Under the pieces are notes generated by a model. The model was not told where the DNA came from, did no database searches, and saw only the letters and a list, made by a program, of their open reading frames with translations. A stretch of DNA of 64,000 nt, taken from contig ADNK01000506.1 of the NCBI GenBank assembly GCA_000320545.1, positions 62,001 to 126,000 of the forward strand, written 5' to 3'. Both the position numbers and the translations under genes were made by a program. Shown in pieces: positions 12,927 to 26,023 of the stretch (positions are counted from its first letter, which is position 1; every line of letters starts with the position of its first letter). The stretch comes from Bigelowiella natans CCMP2755 (Eukaryota > Protista > Cercozoa).

Positions 12927-14760
12927 AACAAATTTGTTTTATCACATTTTTCTTCGCACCTTTCTCCAATTTTCTCGCTCTTCGCTCGTGGCGCACTCTG
13001 CTGTGTTCTTGCCAAATTCCTGAACAACAGATTTTAAGTGTGTCTTGTAATCATTGGTGTTCTCAGTTATCATTGCTAGTTGAGGTAGTGTTCGAACCTT
13101 CTCGAATAATTTTCTCCAAATTTTATTCTGATCTCCAGCCCTACATGTTCAGGGATAAATATTATTATCAGCTAGGCTTCACCATGTACCGACTATACCT
13201 ACCTCTCAAAAGAACGACTTGTCGGAATAGCTATGACCATGTCCTTAGGTTCCAAGAATGAGAATACTCTTAAATATTCGTTGCAGAAGATTTGGTAAGT
13301 AAGAGTTTATTTCGTTGAAACATTATATTAGAGAGACCTGTTCAAGATTTGCGAGCTCTCCGTTACGAGCTTGTTGCAACGAGGTGGGGACGTAGACATT
13401 GGCAGGTCACAAAATCATTTCGAGATATGTTTTGCTACTGCGACATAAATGCGGGAGTGTCTTCGTGAGAATTTATATTGAAATTCGTTGTCGTCACGAA
13501 TCCATTATAAATCCTAGGTCGTTTTCCCATGGCGACAACAGTAGTGTACCGGTAACTGTTTAAGACAGATCGTTTCCCCACCTGTACTCGAAGTTTCAGT
13601 TAAAGCTTCCCTCCAAAAACGAGGACGGAGGACTAAATATGGCAACTCAGGATGCTGTTTCATCGGAAAGGATACAAAAGGTTATTACATAAGCAAAGTC
13701 TAGTCTCGTAAATGTTGGATGTCAACTGAGTAGATATTACTTTCATCTATCTAGCTCTCACACCAGTTGTCGGAATCAGCTGAGTACATTCCTCAAATTA
13801 TGCAGCTTAAGAAGGTAATCTGCGTAAAATTAACCATGGCTTTGATCTCACTACCTCCTCCCACAGGATTTGAAAGATCAGCTGCTAAAACTCAAAAATC
13901 AGGTTTTACTAAAATGACGTAGACATCAAAACATTGGACCAGTATCTCACTTGTCTGGTTCCAGATCAAGCAAATCGAGTTGAAGAAGCAAAATTCAAGA
14001 ATGAACAACGAATACTTACACGAGAAGACACACGTAAGGACGATAATTATTGTGGAATCTAACATTGTCGGCTACTATTCTGACTAATAAAATCCATTTA
14101 TTAATTTGAAGGCACTCAAACAAAAAGCTGTTGCAATCCGAAATGATACATGGACAGCAGAAAACAAAGTCAAAACGTTATACCGAGAGTTGGAGGAGGT
14201 GTTTGCACCATTTGCTAGATCGCCAATTGGCTTGAATGCATTTAATTTTCCAGGCCACATTGCAAAGGGACCAAAAAGCAATTGAGGTAGAAAAACTCCA
14301 AGTAGAAGTGAAACAGGAGAAACAAGCTTGCAAAGACATTGCTAAACTAAAGGAAAAAATTCGAGGAGAGCTTGCAACATTGAAGGTCGTGAGAATATCT
14401 CCTCTAAAATTTGATTTTTAGTGAGTAGTCTCGTTCGGGTGCCAAAAAACGTAACATCGAAATATTCTTGTTTTACAGAAGGATAGAGACTGGTATAAAA
14501 GAGAAGTGTATGCTCAAGCAAGGAAGGTACTATGGTGCAACATGGGATATATTCACGCTTGTAATATTAAAAAAAAATTATGACGAATACTAACTCCTAC
14601 TCAGGCTGAGCAACTGAAAAGCAGATTAGATAATCTAAAAGCAGCAAATGCGCACCTCCAGTACTGATGAAGGTGGATTGTTTCGAGAATGATGAGGAAG
14701 TTTATGAAGATTAAACTTAGGAAGCATAATTTCTTGCAGGCATTAATAGTGTTGAACTAA
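12708..14760 (+). CDS. Spliced coiled-coil protein, possibly with a degenerate PX-like N-terminal region; start and stop approximate
   Basis: Short exons give RFERPVQDLRALRYEL, KLPSK...SERIQK, ATLQRDQKAIEVEKLQVEVKQEKQACKDIAKLKEKIRGELATLK and AEQLKSRLDNLKAANAHLQ. Stop at 14667 or 14760. Confidence 0.45.
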
Positions 14761-15638
14761 AAGTCCGCATGGACAAAACAATGATTCAACTAATTTTGTC
14801 AAAAAGCATATGTAAAGCTAGATAATATGAGAAGCATACCAGTGCTCTTGGGCAACCATTTTTAAAGAAATTAACATCCTTTGATGTTTCCTGCATGTCA
14901 CTTTTAGCTCAGATTTGTTTTGCCAGCAAGGGGTATTTGGCGATTTCAGCCGACTCAAAAAATTTCTTGCGAAAGCCCGTGTTTTACTAAACTTCATGCA
15001 TGTTGAGTAGCTAAGCGAACTAGATGTACGTGTAGCCCTACGTGGCAAAAGGATCTGCGATAGGCGCACCTTGCCTTCACATGTCTCTGCCGCGGCAGCC
15101 TCCCGCGAATGAGAGCGGCTGCACGGTATTGTCTGTACTGTGTGCTCGCGCGCCCGTTCAGCGTTTTCATGCCAAGTCATAGCATCTGCCGCCTAGATGC
15201 GCAAGCTATCTAGTTACACTGTAACACGCGCACTTGACTTCATGCAATGACCATGCATTTCGACTAGCAGTCAACATCGGGCTTGTACATGCATGCATGC
15301 ATCAGAAATTGCAAATGTGTAGATAAATTTTAACATTGTTCGTCAGTGTGTAATACGCAGGCATTAACTACAACAATGGTGCTAGCAAGCAATAACAACT
15401 GGTATTGCATACCTGCATGATGCATTTTGTGAATGCTGACAAGGATGCCCCAACCAACTCAGCTCATTGCACTTAGCATTGAGGACGATACTGATTATAA
15501 TAATGAACGAAGACTTCGCAGTGCCTAGCAGGAATTCATTATTGCTATGTTTAAGACTAATGGACGCACTCGCGGCTGCGTCAACGAACTTACATGACTA
15601 AATTTCATGCGGTGAATCGACATTACGATATATGTATG

Positions 15639-15682
<44 letters not shown>

Positions 15683-15834
15683 ATATCCATCGCGAAATGA
15701 TGACCTCGTCATTATACATCATTTGTAAAAATATCATGGTGTAGTACCTCCTGTATGGATTAAGATAATATTATTTCGCCTTATTGGCCGTCACCATCAC
15801 GAACGATGGTAAATGTTCTCCCCATAGTTTTTTC

Positions 15835-17628
15835 CTATTTCTTTGGAGTTAGTGAGTTGATCGAAGCCATAAAGGCATCATACTGAGCCCTGTTAGCTGG
15901 TTTCTGTCCCTCTCCGTCATTCTTCTGCCCTTGCTGGTCATTTTCATCATTGTAACAGGAGAAATTCTTATCAATAGTATTGAGCACCGAGTCCAAAGAA
16001 TGCATGGCACTAACTTGCTGTTTTACATATGCGGTTGCCATTTTAGCCTGACGATTACGCTGAAAGTCTGCCCTTTTCCTCTCACGCTCGTTAGCAATTT
16101 CGTCTGCGGTCATTGGACCCGCTGTTGTTGTTGCTGCTGCTGCTGTTTCCATTTTTCTCTTGACACCTACCTTCGTGATACTGCTACTACTACTATTTCC
16201 CGTTCCTGCTGATCCGTGTTGAGCAGAGTTGTTACCACCACTGCCATAGTAATAATTTGCATAATAAGTTTTATAATAATCTGCATTTTGAGCATAGTAG
16301 TCATCAAGGGTGGTGGCTCCTCCTCCCGTTGTCATCATTGCTGAACTACTTCCTCGAGAGTATTGATGGTCGGTGCTGGGATATAATTCAGCCCCTTTTC
16401 CGTAGGTGGTGACTCCTTCCTTGAAAACAGGGTTATAGCCTGTAGGCGTTTCGTACGATATATTTTCACTTTTGGCGCTATGTCCCAATTCCTCAAGCCT
16501 ATCCTTTAATTTCTGCTCTGTCATCCATTTCTCCCTCACAATTGCCTTTGGGTTGGGATCATCATAAGCCCATCGTACATTAATTTGTTCGTTGTGATCA
16601 AGAGATTGTTCTGCCATTGCAACCTTCCCAAATTCAGCATAGAATCGATGAGTATAGCGAATGAATGCACATCCATACTTTGGTTTGAGCGACACCTCTT
16701 CTATTTCTCCCCACTGTCCAAAATGTCGGGCCAATATCTCCTCTCCCTGAGGACTTTGCATAACAGCCATACCAGTTACGTATAATGTTCTTGTATTCTT
16801 ATCAAATGACCCTGTTCCTCCCATATCATCTCTGTGGTCTTGGTGTCTTTCTCTACCGAATACATCGTGTAGCATGCTGACATTCTTCTCGTCTGCTTTC
16901 CGAGGCAGGCGATGCAAAAATTTGCAGTCTGCACCGTGAATACAGCTTCCCATTGCGAAGTGGACGCATATGAATTTATTATCGGTAACATCTCCCAGTG
17001 TCATCCCTGTATCAAGTTTAGGTCTGCATCTAGTCGTGGCCTTTTCACGGATGTGATCGTCATCGCCGTAATATTTATGATACCAGATGTTATAGTTATC
17101 AGATCCTTCTGCTAGCTGCAGCTTCCTTGAAGACTTCTCGATAACTTGCTTTCGAGCCCACTTCCTTTTACCGGCGGCAATTTTAGACTTTTTGGATGGT
17201 GGTTGCATCGGTGTCCCCGCTGCTCGCCCTCTCATTTGATTTGGATCAAACTCTGGTGCAGGAGCTTTTGCCATTGGCGGAACAATTACTCCAGGGTTGT
17301 ATCGAACTAACCCTGGCGCAATCCCAGAAATGTTTGCAACATTAGCGGGATTAACCACGGGAGCATGTTGTTGTGATGTAATTCCAGGAGGTTGATGTAA
17401 TAATCTAGGAGGCTGTTGTGATGATGTAACTGGTCTAGGACCATGAGGCGGAGGAGCGACGACTTGGACAGCAGGTGCTACACCTGGGGGACCGGGCTGG
17501 GTAGAAGAGGAGGAGGAAGCAGTAACCTAAGAAAAGAGGTGGCCAATTTAGAGGTACTCTGTACAACATAATGATAACGATTGCACCGGCTTCGTAATTG
17601 TGACCCCTGGGGGGGGTGGCTCTGACAT
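15835..17628 (-). CDS. CWC2: Pre-mRNA splicing factor Cwc2/Cwf2 (Torus/CCCH zinc finger + RRM)
   Basis: YNIWYHKY, TRC.P.LDTG.T.GD, CVHFAMGSCIHGADCKFLHRLP, DVFGRERHQDHRDDMGGTGSF, RTLYV, AEFGKVAMAEQSL and NVRWAYDDPNP. Short first exon 17628-17587 plus a large exon 17526-15835. Confidence 0.92.
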
Positions 17629-17999
17629 GAAGGGATGAAGGAGGGAGAGCGCGCAGACTGTTTGGTTTGTTAGTATTAGACCTATAGCTTCCTGAATGGA
17701 TGGGATTTATATCCTACGACAACAACATCTGCCTGCTATTGTTGTAATTGTTGTTGATCTTTTCGAGTTTCCTTCTTCAAAGCAAGATTTATGCCCGTGT
17801 GATATTGTCCTTGTTTCCGATTATTTCTGACTACTTTTTACCTGGGGAATATCAATAATTAGGAATCCAACAACTAGCAACATCTTGCTGCTCACTAGTA
17901 GAGGTAGTCTAGGAGGGGGAGGAGGAGGAAGACGAATGATAACTGTGGTGTGGACTGCTAATCGAGTAGCCAGAACACCAAAAGCGAACTGATTTAAAG

Positions 18000-19053
18000 A
18001 TGCACGGGGTGGCTAGTGGTAGCGGCGAAGAAGCCGCAATGCGACGAATTCTTACTCAACACGACCACGAGGAAGGTACGATGCGAATAAGCGTGCATGT
18101 CAATCATTGTTCACACCCATTCTTTCCAAAGGAGCGGAGCTGTTTGGTGAGCTTATAAAGCTTACAGATTCCGACCCTGATATTGATGAGATGGGGTTGC
18201 TTGTTACTCCTAAGGTAATTGGAGGTATTGCATTATCAGTATAACTTGAAGACTTAAAGACTGGATGTTGTTTTTTCATACACCACCTTGAAAGCGCAAG
18301 GGCCCGCCGTTTATTCTGGAGGAGCACAAACTTGGCATTGCCTTTTGGTTGGTTTTAAAAAATAACGATACGGGGTTATGCCAGCTATGATTTTTCCACA
18401 ACATCTGTCGTCGTTAATTATGACACTACGACAACTACATTACCTTTCTAATCAATCATCATATTCTGGCTTTTCTTTCTTTCACAGTCAGCTATTGTTG
18501 ATTCACAGGTGTATTGCACCTCTATACTCCTATGCGTTCAAACTCTTCACAGCCGTAGTTAGGGTATTCCCTCACAACAGAACAACAAGAATATCATTAG
18601 GATCAATCAATCAACCATCTAGTTCTCATTTCAAGATGTTGTATTCATGTAGACGATAAAGTGCGGAGAAGCCATACTCCCTGCGGCTGGTAGTAGTGTT
18701 CGATCTATAGGAAATGAAAAGAAGAAGATGATAAAGAAGGGACTCATAAAGATGATAATGATGGCGACAATGATGATGAGTGAATAGTGAGGTGGAAGAG
18801 GTGACCATAGGCAAGCAGCAGCCGCTTTGATGATGATGCGGCTGGCTGCCGCTTGATGTTGTCATTACTAAGAAGTGCTACTTCCCATACTTCCTCCTAC
18901 CTCCTTTTACTTCTTCATCCAGCGAAGACATTGGCTGAATCCTCAAGATGTATTTTAATGATAAATCCTGATGCTCATACATGCTGGAACATACGAAAAA
19001 GGCTTATCAAATCGGTACTACTACTACTTCTTCTACTACTATTACTCTAGGAA

Positions 19054-19085
<32 letters not shown>

Positions 19086-19142
19086 CTGCTGCAGCACAGA
19101 AATGGACATTACACGTGTCCGCGCACATGCAGACTCTTATAA

Positions 19143-19193
<51 letters not shown>

Positions 19194-21263
19194 GTCTCTG
19201 GCTGGATCCATTTCTCCTCTTATCTATCTATCGTTCAGTATTGATAGCACGTCTTTCTCAAATCACCTCATAGCTCGAAAACTGTTGTAGTATGTTTGAT
19301 TCTTTGGGGGTTGATAAATATGAGGATGATAGTGCTGACAGCTCACAGCCTCCAAGTGTCCTTCATTTTTTAAAAACAATCGTCGTTATGAATGTGATCG
19401 ATTTCTCTCGTAATAAATAAATAAATCTCATCATCGTCATCATCATCGTCATCATCATCATCAGGGAAAGCTGATGGCTAATAAGGAGTTGAGATACCTA
19501 TATGTCATATTCACCAAACATCCGAAATCAGGTACTAGTAGCGGCACCAGGTTTGCATTTTAGAATGTATGTAGGTATGTATGCATGTATGCATTATTGC
19601 GGGTTAGGGTGAGTGGTTGGCTGCTCCGTACATAATAATAATTACTAATGATAATAGTAATCGCTATTCTTTGCGTGCTGGATCATCAATTTCTGCTGAT
19701 TGAGCCCTTCTTCCTCATTGAGACACTTAGACGTCATTATTAGTATGATTATTATTCTTATTGTTATTATTATAAAATATGCAGGAGCTGCATGGGGCCA
19801 TCGTCGGTGGATATTAAAGCAAATTCCACCTTTCAATGATTATATGATGATGAATGGTACTACGAGCTCAGCAACAGCAGCAATAATAGCAAACACTACC
19901 AATAAGCTTGGAAATCATGATCATCATCAAAATGTAGTAGCAGCACCACGACGAGTAAATGGGGATCCTAAGAAAGAAGAAGAAGGAGAAGGAGAAGGGG
20001 AAGGGGAAGTATACGACGACAATGTGGCTAAGAAGGTATATCATCTACAAGTATCCGACGACGACAATGTGGCTAAGAAGGTATATCATCTACAAGTTGC
20101 TGCCGCTGCTGCTGCTTGGTGTTGTGCCACAAATAATAGTAACGACGAAGAAGAGAGTTTAACTTGGTTTATTCTAAATAGTAGTTAGTAGTAGGCTTAA
20201 AATGTGAATAGATTAGCAGTGTTGTTGCTATGAATTGATGAATTGAAGAATTAAAGAGGCAGACATCAACACCATATCATCATCCTCCTCCTCCTCCTCC
20301 TTCTCCTCCTCCTCGTATTCCCCTCCCCTCACTCACTAAGGTGATGAGTAAATACCAAAAGGATGAAGATGATGATGATGATGATGATGAGGATTCCAAA
20401 TATGACGGCCCTTACAATCATCCTATATTCAAGGTAGTAGTAATATGTAGTGAGTTATTTGCTGTGTGTTGTAATCAATTTAAATCATCAATTGTGTGAT
20501 CTATATTGCCCATGTATTTATCAAGTATGATATGATGATGATGATGATATCCAGAAGGAGCTTTGGCAGTGCGAATATAATGCAAATCATAATAAAAACA
20601 ATTATTACGCATGGACACATCGTGAATGGCTTTTGAGTCATATTACTTCCAAGGATGCATTGCTGCAAGAACTTCAATGGTAATAACACTCACCAGTACT
20701 GTCTAATATTACCTCCCTCAAAAACTACTAGCACATATGATGATGATAATGATGATGATTTGCACGTTTATCATAAATATCATAATCGATGATAGGATAC
20801 GCCGTTGGAACAGCATGAACGTATCCCAGTACAGTGGGTTTCATTTTCGTATTCAAGTTGTCAAGAAGGTAGTAGCAGTGGTACGTCGATACGATGATTA
20901 TGATGATGATATCGTGATAAATGAGAAAGTCTCCTCCTCCTATTGTTGTCTATGTTTATTACAGCTTTTACAAGATCATGGGGGGCGGAAAGTAGCAGCA
21001 GCAGCAGCAGCAACAGCAGCAGCTCAGTTGGACGCAAACAGCATCTTGACCAAAGTAGAAGATGATGGTAGCAGTTGTCGTTATAACAATAAGTGGATTT
21101 TCCAGCTACTTGAGCAAGAAATGAAGCTAGCCAAGGTCAGAATATTAGTAGAAATCTATTTAAATTGTGTCTATTACTAATCACATGTTGTTGTCGTGAT
21201 GAAGAAGATTATGGTAGTGGAAGAGTTGAATAGACCAAGTTAGTACAAGTACCACTACCACCA

Positions 21264-21298
<35 letters not shown>

Positions 21299-22801
21299 AC
21301 TACTACTACAAAAGACGTCAGACACCATCTTTAATAACTACTTCACATAGTAGTAGAAATAATAATTAATAATAATAACAGTCACAACAATAATACCCAA
21401 CGTACGTGTTCAAAAGACCATGTTGTGATGATGGTTACTGTACTATCATATATCTGCAAAGCAATAACCATCATTAGGAGCTTATATTATCCTATAGAGG
21501 ATTCGAATCGCTTTGGACATTTAGACGTGTTTTGTTTCTTCTTTCTCTCAGGTAGTAGTAGTAGTAGCAGCAGCAGCAGCAGCATGTTGTGTTAATGGTA
21601 ATAGTAATTAAGTTGGTAGTATATTTTGTGGTGGTGTTGGTGGGCATTATACTACTATAAATACTAATACTAACTTGAATTATCATGGCTTATCACCAAT
21701 TGATTCATTGTTTTCCCCATTATTATTATTATTATTATTATCATTATTATTGTTATCTAAATTAGATTACGAGTAGTTTTAAAATCGTCGTCATCATCAT
21801 CGAGTCGTCCTAGTAAGGATGATGAAAATGGAGACAAAGAAGAGGAAAAGGACAAGGAAAGTTGTTTGATAGATGCTGTTCTTGACACCCTGAATCAAGA
21901 ACTTGATTTTTCTGTAAGTACTTTTAGGGTAGTAGTAGTGGTGGTGGTGACGGTGGTGGTAGTTGAAGGGAAGGTACATGATGATGAGGAGGAGGAGGAG
22001 GGAGGTCATGTACATCAAGGCATGAGCAGTGGCAACAGTAGTAGCACATGTGTTTCCTGACGTAATAGTAGCAGCACCACCACCACCAAACTTGCAGGGC
22101 TACTTTCCTTGATGCTGTGTTATTGAATTGTTTACTATTTCACCATGTAGTAATACCATTGACAAAATTTATTGAGGTTGCTCAGTTTTATATTGATTAT
22201 TCAATTCTAATGTATGTGTGTGCGTGTCATCTTGTCAGAATTGTACATACGCAAAAAATGAAGATTCCAATGAAGGCATCAGACAAAAAAGGTAGGTGTT
22301 TCTATAGTTCTTTCTCATTATTTTTTAATACATTCGAGGTAGTACTCTAATGCTACTACTACATTAGTTGATTTTAGATATCTTTGCCGAAACATTGATC
22401 AATTGAGATAGGAATCATTCAAATGACCTCCATCTTTTCCTCTTTCTTCTTCTTCTTCTTCTTCTTCTTCTTCTTCTTCTTCTTCTTCAAGGCATTCAGC
22501 AACGTATCAAGTGTGGTGCGTTCATAGAGTCTTAGAATTTATTCAAGTAATGCTTAAACGAGATGGTGTTGCTCATGGAGACGGTGATAATCCTAGTGAA
22601 GATCTGAGCAAGACTCAATTTGAAGGGGAGAGTAGTAGCAGCAATACGAAGAATGCAGTTGCAAGTACAACGAAGAAGAACAAAAATACTAAGCAAAAAA
22701 TAGTGCAGTTGTATAAAACTAGAGCTAAGACTATGAAATTACTCCAAGAAGTATGGCCGACACACCCGTTAACCAAAGCCATAGAGTTGTACAGCTGCTG
22801 A
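18000..22801 (+). CDS. PTAR1: Protein prenyltransferase alpha subunit repeat-containing protein (GGTase-III alpha)
   Basis: DPDIDEMGL, PFILEEHKLGIAF, ILMINPDAHTCWNIRKRL, FTKHPKSGAAWGHRRWIL, NNYYAWTHREWL, NVSQYSGFHFR and GFESLWTFRR (PPTA repeats). Confidence 0.85.
20014..20097 (+). repeat. Tandem duplication (45-bp period) spanning a probable splice donor in PTAR1
   Basis: cgacgacaatgtggctaagaag|gtatatcatctacaagt occurs twice. Confidence 0.85.
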
Positions 22802-23513
22802 TGTCGGAAAGATTATTACGTGTAGTCGACTCTGATTTGCTTTTCCATGAGTGCCATTTGACAATGATTACTGGATATTCAACCCGCACGATGGATTCAG
22901 GGGCGAGGTGGATATATCAATCAACATCGTTCGCGACAGAGATGATGTCAGTAATTGTGCTACATTAATTAGAACACATGACATAGAAAATAATAAGTTC
23001 AGACTGCTAAACTGTGAATTTTTGCACGTATTTCATGCGATGCACATGCGTACAGAAGCATGCATCTATAGCATACTGCCATATTGCACTAAACCTGCAA
23101 ATAGTTGTATAGGTAATAAGGCTCACGGGTGTTTATCATTGTGATGCATACACGCACAAAAAAATGACTATGATGCAGCGCATGAATGTAGCTTTGCAAG
23201 AGCGATCACATATGACCATATTGTTACAAAACGATGCAGCAATGGCTAAAAATAGGAGATTTGTCTAGTTGTGCAAAATGCGCTACATGCAGCCCATGTG
23301 CTTCCATATGGTGTACATTAAAAGCATGCTGCCTACGGTCCTACCGCATGCTTCTACTGACATAGACAAACGATGTTGCATGCATGACAACGCGACAGCA
23401 TCCAGCCACGAACGACGCCACTTCGCCGTTCATTCTCCTTGATTTGTGGGTTCTACATCAGAGCGGTTTTCCCCAATAACTATGATCGTGAGTATTCTCC
23501 TGTTAGCTCAATA

Positions 23514-25987
23514 TCATATGCGTTCATCATCGCTATGATCTACTACATTACTCTCAGGAATAACTGCACTTTCTGAGTAGTCTAAATTTGAATATCCAGG
23601 AGTCTTGACCTGCAGTAACAAATGACCATTTATTATAGAAGAATGGACAACAACATTCACAAAATGTTTAGCTTTACTCCTCACAGTTATGTACTGATGA
23701 TGATGATGATGATAATAACGAACTGTGCTTGAAAAGTGTAACGCAAAATTTACCCCCCCTCCTCTTCTGCTTCGCCTAATTCCCATTGATGTCGAATGAC
23801 GTAGTCCAGATGAACGAGGGGTACCACCACCACCAGCAGCACCTTGAGATGATATCATTAGTATTATCAAGATATTATTAAGTCACAATGAAAACCAGCA
23901 TAGTTGTTGTTCTCACCTTGGTGATAATGATCATGATCATCATGATGATTATCGTTATTATCATCATTACTGTTTTCCTTACAATCCCGCAACTGCGACG
24001 AAGAAGGAGGTGATAGTGGTGGTGATAGCGGCGGCGCTGTAGTTGTAGTGGTAGTAGTAGTAGTAGTAGAAGAAGAAGAAGAAGAAGAAGAAGAAGAAGA
24101 AGGAGTAGTAGTTCTAGTAGTAGCTCCTCCTCCTCCTCCTCCTCCTCCTGTGCCATCATTCGTTTGAAAAGTAGAATGAAAAGGCCGAAGTTGTTCATCC
24201 TCCTGCTGATTGATCTTTTCTGGTGGTGTGTTGTCGTAATCATCAATTCTGTCTGACGGTGACGAGGATGGTTGTGCTTCTACAATTGGTGCTGATGATA
24301 AACTAGTACTAGTACTATCTATCATGCCCCCTCTGCTTCTTGACAACGACGAAATTTGTTCATCTTCCTGATTTCTTCGATTATATGATGATTGAGGACG
24401 ATATTGGTACATTCCTTCTTCTTCTTCTTCTTCTTCTTCTTCTTCTTCTTCTTCATGCTGTGCTGCATGATCGTCACCAGATAACGGCTGCTGCTGCTGC
24501 TGCAAGTAGTGAGGTCGTGATGGTTGGTGCCCGTAGTACTCTCTATATCTGTGAAAAGAAAACAGCAGCAGCAGCAGCAGCAGCAGCAGGAGGAGGAGGA
24601 GGAGGAGCATAAGAAGCACCAAAATAAAAAGAAGAATGATGATAATGATGATGATGATGATGGGGTGGTGTGTGGGACAGCATATGGTTGTCATCGTCTT
24701 GTTCTTACTGTTGGCCCCATTGTTGTTCCCATAGACGGTATCTAGTCTCGTAGTCTAGATATCCCTCCTTTACAATCAATCAATCAATCAATCACACAAA
24801 CAACACCGTTTATAACTTCATATCACCCGACACTCAATAAGAATAGCAAAATAAACTGAAATCGATAACACTGTCAATGTTTTTGGGATGTCAGATCTAA
24901 ATTTTGTATGTTCCGAAAATTGATGGGAAAAGGGACAGTTGACGTGAAAATAACCACCACCACCCTGAGATCCCCCCCCCCAAACCCCCCCTCACTCCCT
25001 TCTCTCTCTCTCTCTCTCCCCATTATCAAACTCCCGAATCATTCAAATCAAATACTACTACACTACTACTGCAAGTGACCGGATCATCAATCAGATTCGT
25101 AAGTGCTCGAATAGGCCCATCCAAACTACCACTCTATAACAATCAAAATACCCAATCAACTCATAGTAGTAGTGGAGACTAGCAGTACTTTCTTACTACT
25201 TCATCGTTACAATGAGCAGAGAAAGCAGCTTAGTAGCATCATCATCATCATCATCATTATCATAATCATCATCATTATCAACTTATGAAACCTGCTCATT
25301 TTTTTAGATGACAACATATACTACTTATCGTCTATTCTGCTATAACGTATTGATGATCTTTCACCTTTTCTGTAATGGCGTATGCAGGGTCTTTAATATA
25401 AACTCTCTTATTTTCTATTTCAATGACATCCTTAGAAAGAAGGAAGGAAGGAAGGACAAGGATATTCATTAGAAAGGAATGTATTGTTTTGTAGTAACAT
25501 TAGACGGTAACAAGCAAGCAGAGGAACTAGTCTGGTTGATATTAATTAATATTGGTAGTATTATTCCTGAACGTATGCATGCATGCTACTACTACTACTT
25601 AGTACCTGTATCTCAATAGATCTCACAGTAACAAGTTTGTCTGGTAAGGAAGGATTTCCTACGACACATCACATACTACTCCATCACCATCACCAATGAG
25701 AAAGAAATGCCAAATATTTTCGAGTATTGAAATTGCTAATCAATGATAATGATAATGATGATGATGATTCGTTACCCGTATAGTCAAAACGTATTCGCCT
25801 GATCTTTGCAGACGATTTGTCAAAAAGAAAGTCTCTGACACGGCCTTCAAAGCCACTTATACCACTTACCACACTGACAGCAATAACAACTAAGTCAACA
25901 ACAACGACAACAATTGAGATGATAATGACAATAATGATGATAATATGGCTGTTTTATTCCTTCTCTTCCAACTACTATCTTTTTCAC

Positions 25988-26023
<36 letters not shown>

